A stretch of 64,000 bases of DNA from Octopus sinensis (taxonomy: Eukaryota), in the NCBI RefSeq assembly GCF_006345805.1, contig NC_043010.1, positions 53,072,001 through 53,136,000 on the forward strand. The letters are read 5' to 3'. A model generated the notes under the pieces. It worked only from the letters and a program-made list of their open reading frames with translations, was not told the origin of the DNA and ran no database searches. Positions 52,168 to 64,000 of this stretch are shown piece after piece. Position 1 is the stretch's first letter; every line of letters begins with the position of its first letter. Position numbers and translations under genes: made by a program.

Positions 52168-52256
52168 TATCTATACAATATGTTACATTACTCGGTAGTC
52201 AAGATAAAACTCAGAGTTTTATCTGACTACCGAGAATGTAACATATTGTATAGATA
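52168..52256. repeat. Near-perfect palindrome (45/43-bp arms, 1-nt loop)
   Basis: TATCTATACAATATGTTACATT..GATAAAACTC-A-GAGTTTTATC..AATGTAACATATTGTATAGATA. Confidence 0.9.
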
Positions 52257-52409
52257 TATATATTATATATATATATAATTAATCAATATAGGGTGGCAAA
52301 AAATTTTGTAGAATTTTTTTGCCACCAGCGGTTTATTTGCGGTTGAAGCTTTGGCTGTTATTTCTAGTGGGTAATGGCCTATTATGGCCGTTCCTTGATT
52401 GTTGATAGA

Positions 52410-52451
<42 letters not shown>

Positions 52452-53176
52452 TGGGGCTGACACAAGAGGTGGCCTGAAGGATACGTCCACCTACACAAGA
52501 ACAGATGTGCACCTTACTAAATAATGTTATTACACCCTTTTCTCCGCAAATTGCATACCCTTTTGATCTTGTGTTTTCCTTTGGCGTAATTCCTTGGACT
52601 GCACCTGATATGAATATATATATATATAAAGGTATATATATAGAGAGATATATATGCATCTATACATATGTGTATGTATGCGTCTGTATTCATGTATATA
52701 TAGAACATAAACGTATCCACATATATATATTTTAAATACATATATATATGTATGTATATATATATATATGTACAAAATTGGTACGTAGGTTATCGTTTTT
52801 TATTTCGTATATTTTCATTTGTCTTGCTCATTTTTACATTCTGGCGTTTGCTGATTTCCTTGAGAACACACTCTTCGTGGTAAGGCAATTTGACGTCTAC
52901 CTCTGGCGTATTAGGAATCCATTTTGGTTGTCATTCCTCTTAATTTGTAAATACATGTACATATATGTATTTAAATACATACATACATCCATATATATAT
53001 ATATATATATGTACGTATGTATGTATGCATGTATATGTACATATATATATATTCCAATATATGTATATATATACATATATATGTATAAATATATGTATGT
53101 GCGACATATATGTAATGTGTGCATATATAACTATCTATGTGTATGTATCTACCAATCTATGTCGCTCTCTCTATCT

Positions 53177-53263
<87 letters not shown>

Positions 53264-53689
53264 CATATATGTATACACACACATATATATTGTCAACATT
53301 GTACACATTCGATTTTATTTAAGTATGTACCTGAACACTAACTTCAAACAGATCCCAAATAAAAGTGAGCAGGTGATCCGAAATTAGAATTTCATGATTC
53401 CCCTAGACTAGAGAGAGAGAAAAAAAACCAAAACAGCAGTATATTTGAGTTATGTGTGTGTATATGTAAGTACTTAATTTCTACGCTTCCCATACGTATA
53501 TTTATGTATACACACGCACAAACACACATAAGTATGTATGTGTGCGCGTATACACATATATAACAAACTTTGTTTCTTAGTACATATCAATACCCCGCAT
53601 GTCTATGCCCTCGTCGTCTGTCTGTCTGTTTGTCTGTTTGTCTGCCTGCTTGTCTCTCTATGTCTAGCTATATATATCTGATATATATA

Positions 53690-53732
<43 letters not shown>

Positions 53733-53755
53733 TTCAGATATATATATATATCAAA

Positions 53756-53800
<45 letters not shown>

Positions 53801-53992
53801 TATATATATATACACATATATATATTATATAATATACAAATATATATATACATATATATATATTACAAATATTATATATAATATAAATATAGATATACAT
53901 ATATATATATATATATACAATATATATTACATATATATACATATATATATATCATATATATATATTCTATAATATATATATATATATATAGA

Positions 53993-54032
<40 letters not shown>

Positions 54033-54067
54033 CACTATATATATACATATATATATATATATATTAT

Positions 54068-54098
<31 letters not shown>

Positions 54099-54419
54099 TA
54101 TTATATATGCATATATATTAATACATACATATAGAACAGACAACTCACACACGTGTGTGTGTGTGTGTTGTCTGTTTGTGTCTATGTTGTTTTACGTTTG
54201 GTGTATATCCACTTAATGTGTTACGCTACTAGTATGGATGTCCGTCATCCACGTTATCGTCATTATCATCTTCATCATCATCATCAACATCATCATCATC
54301 AACATCATCATCATCATCATATCATCATCATCATCATCATCATCATCAATCATCGTCAACAACAACAACAACAATAACAACAGCGTCATCGACATCGTCA
54401 TAACACGATCATCCGTGTG

Positions 54420-55465
54420 AGGTAAAGAATTAGAATAAGAAGACAGCAGAACAATTAAAAATAGAATTGCAGGAAGATCAGGAGGAGGAGGAGGAGGAGA
54501 TATAGAAAGAGGTGAAGACGGAGAAGGAAACAGAAGGCAAAGAAGAAGAACGAGGCGAAGGAGAAGGTGGAGGATGGACAGTAGGAGGTGGAGGAGGTGG
54601 AGGCGGTCGAAGAAAGAGAGACGATGCAGGGGAATAAAAGAAGTGGAAAATATAGAGAAAAAGGAGTGGTGGTGGTGGTGGCGGTAGTAGTAGTAGTAGT
54701 AGTAGTAGTAGAAGTGATGAGACGATTGAGATGATGATGAAGAAGAATGAGGATGGAGAGAAGAGGTGAAGAAGAGAAGTAAGAGAAGAAGAAGTAAGTA
54801 GAAGAGTAGTAGAAGAAGAAGAAGTAAAAGAAGAAATGATGAGAATGAGAAAAGAAAATAAAGAAAAAGAAAAAAAAAAGAAGAAGGAAAAAAGAAAAAG
54901 AGAGAAGAAAATAGAAGGAGAAATGAAGAAAATGAATGAAAGAAGAAGAAGAAGAAGTAAAGGAGAGAAGGAGAAGAAGAAGAAAGTAAGAGAAGAAGTA
55001 ATAGAAAGAAGGAGAAGATGAAGGAAGAGCGTGAAGAAAGAGAAAAAAAAGAAGGAGTAAATGTTAATGATGAGATGAGAAGAAAGAAAAAGAAAAAATG
55101 AAGCAGAAAGAAGAAAAAGAGAAGAAGAAGAAGAAGAAGAAGAAAGAAAAAGAGGAAGAAGGAAAAGAAAAGCAAGAAAGAGAAGAAGACGAAGAAAGAA
55201 AAGAAAAAAGAAGAGAAGCAGAAGAAGAAGGAGAAGAAAGAAGAAGAAAGAAGAGATAGAAGAAGAAAAGAAGAGAGAAGAAGAAGCAAGAAGAAGAAAG
55301 GAAGATGAGAAGAAGAAAGAAGAAGAAGAAGAAGAAGAAGAAGCGAAGAAGAAGAAGAAGAACGAGAAAGAGGAGAAGAGTAGATAGAGAGAGAGAAGAG
55401 AATGAAGATAGAAGAAGAAGAAGAGAAGATATAGAAAGGAAGTAGATAGAAGAAAGAAGCAGAGA

Positions 55466-55496
<31 letters not shown>

Positions 55497-55590
55497 AAGA
55501 AGAAGAAGCAAGAAGAAGAAGAAGAAGACGAAGGAAGAAGAAGTAAGAAGAAGAAGACAAAGAAGGAGAATCCGTTGACGACAGAGAAGA
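54420..55590 (+). repeat. ~1.1-kb purine-rich (GAA/AGA)n tract
   Basis: Direct observation. Confidence 0.95.
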
Positions 55591-55685
55591 AATGAATGTA
55601 CGATGATGACAATATTAAAAGCTTACCGATATTTCAGATGCAAAAATCAGCCAGGTCCTATCAACCAACGAACCAACCAAGATCC

Positions 55686-55699
55686 GTTGTCATGGCAAC
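55686..55699. promoter_or_regulatory. RFX X-box (GTTGTCATGGCAAC) in a CpG-rich non-repeat island
   Basis: One mismatch from the perfect palindrome GTTGCCATGGCAAC; fits RTHNYYWTRRNRAC. Confidence 0.45.
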
Positions 55700-56154
55700 A
55701 GTCTTCATTCTATTTCACAGATCAATATATTCCATCCAAGTATATAAGAAGAAGACACGAAAAATCCGCCGTGCTGGAGGCGAAAGGTAACCTACGAGAT
55801 TAAAATACGACGTTCGCTGCCAATTGTTCTTAATTAACCCCGATGCCAAATTGTGGAAAACGTAACGTAGCTCTCATTGCCCCCAAGAGGGGCGTAAGAA
55901 CGGATCTGCAACTCGTAATGCATGCTATGCCAACATGTTCTTCTGTATTGGCAAATCTCCACGGGAGAAGGAAAACGAAGAATAAGAACACGAAGATGAA
56001 GAAGAAGAACAACAACAACAGCAACAACAATAAGCAGTAGAGGAACGAGTTTTTTTTTTTTTGTTTTTCGTTCCGTTTTTGTGTTCCTTACATATTATTC
56101 CCTTCCGATATTTATTACCTAAGCTATTGTGATTGTTAAGGCTGTTATTGTTAT

Positions 56155-56166
56155 CAATACAACAAG

Positions 56167-56209
<43 letters not shown>

Positions 56210-56375
56210 CATCAACAACAACAACAGCAGAGCAGCAGCAACAGCAACAGCAACAACAGCAACAGCAACAACAACAACTACTACTACTACTACTACTACT
56301 ACAACTACTACTGCTACTGCTGCTGCTACTACTACTACTACTACTACAACTACTACTGCTTACTGCTGCTGCTTT

Positions 56376-56409
<34 letters not shown>

Positions 56410-56420
56410 ACTACTACTAC

Positions 56421-56456
<36 letters not shown>

Positions 56457-56480
56457 TACGGCTACTACTACTACTACAAC
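56155..56480. repeat. (CAG)/(CAA)/(TAC) trinucleotide compound repeat
   Basis: Direct observation. Confidence 0.95.
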
Positions 56481-56779
56481 CACTTCCAACAGCATTATCA
56501 ATAGCAACAACAAATTTCTTGGCGCTGCCGCCGTCACTGCCGTCTCCGCCGCCGACGCCACCGCCTCCAGCTCCGCCTCTGCCCCTATTGCTACAAATGT
56601 CAACAACAACAACACCGACATCATCGCCACCACACTACTGCGAACAACATCACAATCACCATCACCACTACCACAACTGCATTACTTCCACCATAAGCAT
56701 CATCGTCATCCTCCTCTCTGTGATCGTCGTCCTAATTAATATCATCTCCACGGTAAAAGATGACTATATACAACAACAA

Positions 56780-57302
56780 TAACAATACCAGGCACTAGCT
56801 ATCATGGCTTCTGGTCTTAACTGATTGGAAGTGTTATCATGTACATTGTTTTGTCTTGGTATAAAAGATGGGCTACAGCAAATATTCTGCTCAATACCAC
56901 AGATTTTCTTGTCAGTTGTGTGACAATAACCAGTTGAGCATGTCCCTTGGTGGCTGACGATATGTACATCTCTGATCACGAGCAGAAGTAGTGGAGGAGC
57001 ATCATAGCCATGTGTTGAGAGCGATTCTTAGAGGTTTGGATAATTCACCTCTGGAAACATCCTTAAATCTTATTCAAGGACCTTTTAAGTGGGATGGGCT
57101 ACTCGACCAGAAGAAAATTCTAAGTGGGCCCCACCTGCAAGGTCATGTGCTGTTTATCTTGATATAAGATCACCATGTCGCGCACATATGGTTGTGATGC
57201 ATGTGTCTGGTGTACCCTTATCAGACGGGTAGTCATGATGGATATACTGGGCTTGGTATATTCGTACCCCACTTTGATAGAATGTTCTGTTCTCTCACTC
57301 AA
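56780..57302 (+). mobile_element. ~520-bp interspersed element without a tRNA head, ending in an (AAC)/(AAT)n tail (orientation inferred)
   Basis: Homologous fragments at 20370-20575, 20660-20770 and 57630-57785. Confidence 0.8.
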
Positions 57303-57334
57303 TAACAACACCACCAACAACAATAATAAAAATT

Positions 57335-57368
<34 letters not shown>

Positions 57369-57630
57369 GTGTTAATTGAGACAGAAGGCAAACGATGCTG
57401 GATCATAGATTTAGCATGTTCAACTGACAAGTTATGCGATAAGTAAAAAAGAAAAGTCGATAGATATAACAGGTTAGCTTGGTAGGTTAAGTAGTTGTGG
57501 TCGATGAAAAAGTGGCAGAAGCACCAATAATTGTCGGAGCCCTGGGAACAGTGAGGAAAAATCTTGAGAAATAAATGTAACAAATAAGGGCTGCAATAAT
57601 GGTGGAACGCTTGCAGAGAAAAGCACTTTT
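57369..57630 (+). pseudogene. R4/Dong-like LINE 3' fragment (RLE endonuclease)
   Basis: KRCWIIDLAC..KVDRYNRLAW*VK*LWSMKK..IIVGALGTVRKNLEK..ERLQRKAL. Confidence 0.75.
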
Positions 57631-57839
57631 CTGGGCCCAGTTAGAATGTTCTTCTGGTCGAGTAACCCATCCCTCTTAAAAGGCCCCTCAATAAGGGTTG
57701 TTTAAGGATGTTGAACGAAACACCCATGTTTCCAGAGGTGAATTATTCAAACCCCAAAGAATCCCTCTCAGCTATGATGCTCCTGGAAATTAGAAAATAA
57801 ACCTGTTATTTAATACATACACAAATATCAGTACAAGGG

Positions 57840-57960
57840 ATACTAGTGGAACATTATCATCAAAGCATTCATCAAGTATAAACATAACAGGCCGGATATT
57901 GGTGAAGAAAAAGTATGTACCTTCATGGAGGAAAGCTCCAAATTCCATATTCAAATTATA
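57840..57960 (+). pseudogene. R4/Dong-like LINE RLE fragment
   Basis: Y*WNIIIKAFIKYKHNRPDI..EEKVCTFMEES. Confidence 0.6.
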
Positions 57961-58511
57961 AATTCAGATTTATATTAATAATAATTTGTGCAAGTGGACA
58001 AGCTAGGATTCTCAGGAAAGGAAATCAACCAACGAATTCACACATTATAAATACGATCTGTAAGTGAAACAGTGAAACTATGTAAGGCTTTTCTCAAGTT
58101 TAAAATGTGAATTTGTTTTTGTTAACTATATTCCAGTGTCAGAGCTTTGTATCTTTGTTAGAAACCAGTTCCTTCTTCAGAGAAAAAATTTAAAAGATTG
58201 AGTTCAGAAGAGAGCCCACGCACGCACGCACGAACGCACACACACACACACAACACACCACCCACACACACACACACACACAGATATATACATCACATAC
58301 ATAGCGCACACAACACACATATATATATAATTTATGCATGTATTAGTATGTATTGTATATATATATATATATATATCTCGTAAATAGATATAGATACTAA
58401 GGTGCTGCGTGTTAGAATCAAATAGAAAAACACACACATAGACAAATGGATAAGAAATTACATATACATATATACATACATACACACATACATACATACA
58501 CACACACACGT

Positions 58512-58574
<63 letters not shown>

Positions 58575-59130
58575 CATACATATATACATACATATATACA
58601 TGCTTACAAATATAATGAAACGGCGAGAGATATGAACGACAAAAAATACATCATATTGAAGGAGAGAAGAAAGAGAGAGAGAGAAAAGAAGAAGAAGAAG
58701 AAGAAGAAGAAGAAGAAGAAGAAGAAGAAGAAGAAAAGAAGAAGAAGAAGAAGAAGAAGAAGTAAAAACGGAGAGGGACTAATATGCGCGTAGAGGAAAC
58801 AGAATTAGTTGATACGAGCTAGAGAGAGAAAGGAAAAATGTCAGAAGTCGAGACACAGTCAAGTAAAAAAGCAAAGATAAAGACAACTGAACAAAACACG
58901 AAGAGTGAAGTTTAAAATGGAAACAGCTTCTTACATATCCTCAAACGCAATGCTGTACAGAGACATATGATATATGAGTCTTAGACACCTATTCGCAGAA
59001 ATGTCGGCAAGTCTTATTCCAGTAAAGATACCGTATAGTTCGAAGAAAAGGTCAGAGCCGATCAATAAGGCTATAGGTTGCAACACTGATAGCGTAAGAT
59101 TTTTCAGACTTTTTAGCAGGGTCTGTAGTG

Positions 59131-59138
59131 TGACGTCA
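59131..59138. promoter_or_regulatory. Full CRE palindrome TGACGTCA in a CpG-rich unique segment
   Basis: Exact 8-mer, short enough to occur by chance. Confidence 0.2.
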
Positions 59139-59299
59139 TTCGTCGACTGAACTTCCATTTTTACAATTTGGCAACGAACGTCGAGGAGATTGGGAATATA
59201 TAATTCGTCTACTATCACCTCCACCACCACCACCACCATAACCGTCCCCAAAACTATTGTTGCTGTTTCAACAACAACAACAACACTAGTATAATCTTT

Positions 59300-59508
59300 C
59301 CATCTAAAGGTACAATGCCTACAGTTTTTGAGGAGGGGACTAGTCGATTACATCGATCCCAGTGTTTCACTGGTACTTAATTTATCGACCTCGAAAGTAT
59401 GAAAGCACAGTAAACCTCGGTCGAATTTGAACACAACATAAAGGCGGACGAAACGCCGCTAAGCATTTTGTCCGGCGTGCTAACGATTCAGCCAGCTTGC
59501 GGCCTCAC
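59300..59508 (-). mobile_element. SINE family A variant
   Basis: Core GGTCGATAAATTAAGTACCAG plus head. Confidence 0.85.
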
Positions 59509-59560
<52 letters not shown>

Positions 59561-59578
59561 GATAATAATAATAATAAT

Positions 59579-59860
59579 GTGTGTTTATTTATTGACATGA
59601 GTATTCCTTGCGGTCACAGTATAGCGAAAGAATTTGGCAAGATCAGTAAATATAAAGACTTCTAAAGAAATTTTAAAAATGTGGCATCTCAAGGCAACTA
59701 CAGTACCAGTGATTGTAGGATCTCGAGGAATGATAAAAAAAAGGTACTGAAACCTATTTGAAAATGATTCCAAGCTTACCATCCCTACAGGAAGTGCAAA
59801 AAATCGTGTTAACTGGAACGACTCATGTACTGAGAAGAGCATAATCGCTGTGAAAACAAC
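59579..59860 (+). pseudogene. R4/Dong-like LINE 3' fragment
   Basis: LFIDMSIPC..KEFGKISKYKD..KMWHLKATTVPVIVGSRGMIKK..PSLQEVQKIVLTGTTHVLRRA*. Confidence 0.8.
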
Positions 59861-60699
59861 ATCCATTCATGAACTTATATATTTATTTATTTTTTTAAAT
59901 ACATATACTACCTGTGAATTTGCGTGTGGAATCTGGGAATGCATACGATGAGCTTCTCTGCCATAGGTGTACGGAAAATACTCGGCGAGAAATGGAAGAA
60001 AATTTGAAGAAAGAAGGAAAAAAAACAATAGTAATAATAATAAGAACACTCATAGCGTAAACTTCTTCTGAGGCAACACCAACGTCCTCTCAACAATTAG
60101 CCAGAGACGATTTTTAAAATGAGAATGTATGAAATAATCTCGACAGCTCTCATAAACGAGAATACTAAAAATGAACCCTACCACTCTCAAAAATTAAGTA
60201 AAAATAGGAAAAATAATCCAGGACACTTATCCGGTACCTAATTGATCCCAATGGTAGTCATGGAATGTGAAAGTGGCTGTAGAAAATTTAATTTAGTAAG
60301 GGTAATAAATAGTTCATCCTTATCTAATACGAGCCAAAGATAACAAATTCACCATTCAAAATAGCTTCAAAGGCCGAGTCAATAATAATAAATTGTATTC
60401 AGGAATTTTTAAATGAATAGCATGAGATCTTTTGGTTTTCTCTTCTCTTAAATTCCGGCCTTCGTTTAGTATTACTGTTGTTTTAGATCGATGTATAGAT
60501 GTATATGTATATTTAACTGTAAAGTGTTAATATTTATGTATAATATATAATGTATATATTATAAAAATATATTAGTGTTATTTAATTTCTGAACAGTTTT
60601 GCTGCCGTTTGCTTATGTAGTTTGATTTCTGCATCCATCAGTTTCTACTAAGACAGAGACACAAATAAAATTAATAATAGAGAAACGAAAACAAAACTT

Positions 60700-60975
60700 T
60701 GGAAACAGCCTAAAGGGAGATAAATGAGAAAGACTTGAAAGTCAACGTAAGATCGTAATTATGTGAAGTAAAGTAAATATAACAGTTAATCCAAAAATTT
60801 TGTCCGGTACCTGATCCATCCCACAATCTAATTAGTTCGTGCCAGTCAAGAGGCAAAGCATCCCTAAAAGTTTCATCCGAATCCATCCAGCAGTTCATGA
60901 GATTTCTTGTCCACTAACAAACAAACAAACACGACAGAAAACAATACCACCGCCTTCGTCAAGGCGGAGGTAATG
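60700..60975. mobile_element. Helentron-associated (HINE/DINE-1-like) non-autonomous element
   Basis: AAGTTTCATCCGAATCCATCCAGCAGTT..(ACAA)n..terminal hairpin CCACCGCC-TTCGTCAA-GGCGGAGG-TAA. Confidence 0.45.
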
Positions 60976-61029
60976 ATGATGACAATGATAAAATATAATA
61001 ATAATAATAATAATAATAACACGCAAATA

Positions 61030-61705
61030 ACATTTGGCACAAAGCTACAAATTTAGGCGAGAGGTTAGACGTTTACAAAGATTCCGTACTTGACTGGTAC
61101 ATAATTTTATCGATGTCAGAAGGACCAAATACAAAGATGCCTATTCGGGCATTTGAACACAGAATGTAAACGACAGAAAGAAATACCGCAAGGTCTTTTG
61201 TCCGATGCCTTAACAATTCCAGACAATAATGATTACAACGTTGGTTTCAAATTTTGGCGTATGACCAGGATTATTTAGAGGAGAGTTTAGTCGATTACAT
61301 TACCCCCAATGTACTTTAATTTATCAGTACTTTAATTTAATTAAAGTACCAGTACTTTAATTTATCGACCTCAAAATGATAAAAGGCAAAGTCGGTGGGT
61401 TTTGAACTCAGAACGTGAAGAACTGGAAGAAATGTCGCTAAGCATTTTGCCCGTCGCGCTAACGATTCAGTCAGTTCGCCGTCTTAAACATTTCAGATTT
61501 TAGCACAAGGCCAGCAGTTTTTTTGGGAAAGGGGTTAGTCGACTACACTACCTCCTGTGCTTAGTAAATATTTTATTTTATTGACCCCGAAAGAATGAAA
61601 GTCAAAATGAACCTTAGTGTTATTTGCATTTAGAGCGTAAAATGCCGTAAGAAATGCTGCTAAGCAATTTATCCGGCGTGGTAACAATTCTGCCAGCTGG
61701 CTGCC
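61030..61705 (-). mobile_element. Three degraded family A-type SINEs in tandem
   Basis: Repeated GGTAC..TTTATCGA..GAAAG..AAGGCAAAG cores. Confidence 0.7.
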
Positions 61706-61869
61706 TATTAATGATAATAACACAGAATCAATCACGTTTTTTCCGGCTTTCGAGCCTAACGATAAATCATATTGTTTCTGGCTGTCCACTCTCAATCAAT
61801 CACTGTGATTCTAATTGCTCAGATTTTAGCCAAATGATAAATATATATGAAAGAAAGAGAAAGTTAGAG

Positions 61870-62190
61870 CTGTTACACATCAGTGATTACGACAGCGTTA
61901 TGAAATACCAATAGAAAAGAAAACGCGTAAATATCTAAAGAAAAGGTTTCAAAAAATGACAAATTAACCATACTCTAGAATATTCGAATTCACACGGACA
62001 GAGAAAGATGAAGAATAATCAACCAGATATTATTGTCAAGGACCATTAAGGAAGTAATTGACTAGTGATTGGCGTACGAACAGGAACTTAATATAATGGA
62101 TCGGTGACAGAAATAAGAGAAAGAATCCATATATAATATAAAGATCTCGAAATGGAGATAACCAGAAAGTAGGGAGTGAAAATAATAAAT
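61870..62190 (+). pseudogene. R4/Dong-like LINE RLE fragment
   Basis: YEIPIEK..IRIHTDREMKNNQPDIIVKDH (frameshifted)..KYKDLEMEITRK*GVK. Confidence 0.65.
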
Positions 62191-62861
62191 TTAAATATAA
62201 TCATAACAAAAAAAGCAAGAAAAAGAAAACAATGGGTGACAATGACGGAAAATTCAGGATAATATCAACCCCCACCCACTGAACGTAAACACATATATAG
62301 ATGCATTTATGCATGTATAATAGTTTTGACTCAAAACTATTGAAAAGGCTGCAAGATGCAACGAAAATTTTAGGAAAATAAAAATTTTTTAAAAGTGGAA
62401 ATTTTACCGGTGAGTGTGTTAAATCATAAGGCACAAAAAGAAAATGACTCTCCCTGACACAACAGAATATGCTTCAACACACGAACTCATATAAAGAATC
62501 TTGCAAACCAAATCCAAAAACGAGATATATATATATCAAATGGTTTGATTCTGCCACAGGCGGCTTAATGTTTAGTAGACTTCTTCCAGAAACTCGGCGC
62601 GTCGGATTAGGTTCATGTTAAAGCCATGGCGAGATACATGAAGTATCGGAAAATTATACACCCGTACAGAAGCATTCATACATATAAGCATACGAATATG
62701 CACGTGAAAATATGATATATATGCAGAAATATATAACACACGTGAATACATATATACATTGATACGCATTGACATACATATATACATCTATACACACATG
62801 CACATAACTAGAATTGGATACTCGGAAAATTTACGAAAAGGTACATGGATTGTATATGTAA

Positions 62862-63245
62862 CTAGCAGTATCGCCCGGCGTTGCTCGGGTTTGTAAGGGA
62901 AATAACTATATAAGCATTTTTAGAGATGTAAAGTATAATAGCCATCTCAATATGGCTAACCACAAAGGGGGGTGTTACTGTAGCTTTTTACGTTCTGAGA
63001 TTTAATAATACATATTTAGAGAGTTACTTCCATTATACAATACCAAAAAAATGCATTAAAAATGGGAAAAAATGATGGTAAATTCTTTTTTAAATCGTAG
63101 ACGCGCGCTAATACCCAGAAGGGCTCGATATGAATCATGACTATAAGATACCCGCTTTTGGTTACACTGCATCGCAAAATGTGGGAGTAGTTAGGAATCT
63201 AAATCGTAGGAGACAGACACACAACTTCACTTTTATATATAAAGA
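62862..63245 (-). mobile_element. Non-autonomous Helitron with an extra internal segment
   Basis: Same TC...hairpin-CTAG ends; insert at 62930-63010 is absent from the other copies. Confidence 0.85.
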
Positions 63246-64000
63246 CTTGAAGACACAGGCTTACAACAAATAAGGTGACACTCTTTCTCCTCAGTGAATA
63301 TGTTAAGAGCACAAGAATATAGGAAATATTCTGTTAATTGGGCCCTAAGTCAGTGAATTACTAAATCCTAGGACCAACATAATTGGAAATTTCAGTCACT
63401 GAGTCTCGCGTAATATCCATTAAAATCACTCTTTCACATGCATATGCATACTCTCTCTTTCTCTTTCACTCACACACTCATATACATATACATATATGCA
63501 TATACATCGAGCAACAAACACAAGCATGGATATATATATATATATGTAAGCATATGTATATATGTGTGTGTGTGCGTATGTGTGTGAGTGTGTGTACATA
63601 TATATAAATAAACGTGTATGTTAGACGTAATTAATGCATATATATATAAATGTATTGTGTATGTATGTATCAATGTAAGTGTGCGTGTATAGACATAGAA
63701 AACAATGTATGAGTATATGTATGTATATATGTGTATATATATGTGTGTGTATATATGTATATGAATATAGATATCTATACATATATATGTATATTAAAAA
63801 TATCAGGGTAAGAAAATTTTTAGAAAATTTTACTGCCAGTGGCCTAGCGTGTAGAAACGTTAGTCAATAGACTATATATTATTCATATAAATACAGTGTA
63901 CATTTAAACACATAAGAGGTATCCATCATGGGATACTTGGTACGCTAGAAGGAATAGCGGAAATCGAAACCACTATTAGGGATTAGTTTCGAAGGGAATG

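Noticed and set aside
54213-55612. 432-aa and 360-aa minus-strand ORFs
   Set aside because: Antisense of a GAA purine tract, which lacks stop codons by composition.
56129-56782. PolyQ/polyT/polyP ORFs suggesting a transcription factor
   Set aside because: All frames are trinucleotide runs with no domain-like sequence.
38547-59158. Phase-compatible chain of minus-strand exons (59158-58935, 55657-55627, 38663-38547)
   Set aside because: Phase fit is likely by chance, one acceptor is weak, and the joined peptide is unrecognised.

Overview
AT-rich eukaryotic DNA dominated by repeats and microsatellites, with one 100-N scaffold gap (31411-31510). The SINE families and simple-repeat load look like an Octopus-type cephalopod genome; this is inferred from sequence character, not a database hit. 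No confident protein-coding gene was found: nearly all ORF-track entries are translated microsatellites. Supported content: many tRNA-derived SINE copies (at least 4 families, several with target-site duplications); decayed Penelope-like elements (one Naiad-type RT plus GIY-YIG, one Neptune-type, one Naiad-type 3' end); R4/Dong-like, RTE-like and I-like LINE scraps; a deleted Tc1 element; MITEs; four non-autonomous Helitrons; and a TTCnnGAA-rich satellite. The most striking signal is a set of type I hammerhead-ribozyme motifs from about six sequence families. One has a fully canonical core, several carry core variants, and most sit in fold-back or direct-repeat architectures, including a retrozyme-like 484-nt unit and a 3 x ~745-nt tandem. 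A CpG-rich island with a near-perfect RFX X-box at 55686 is the best hint of a host promoter.
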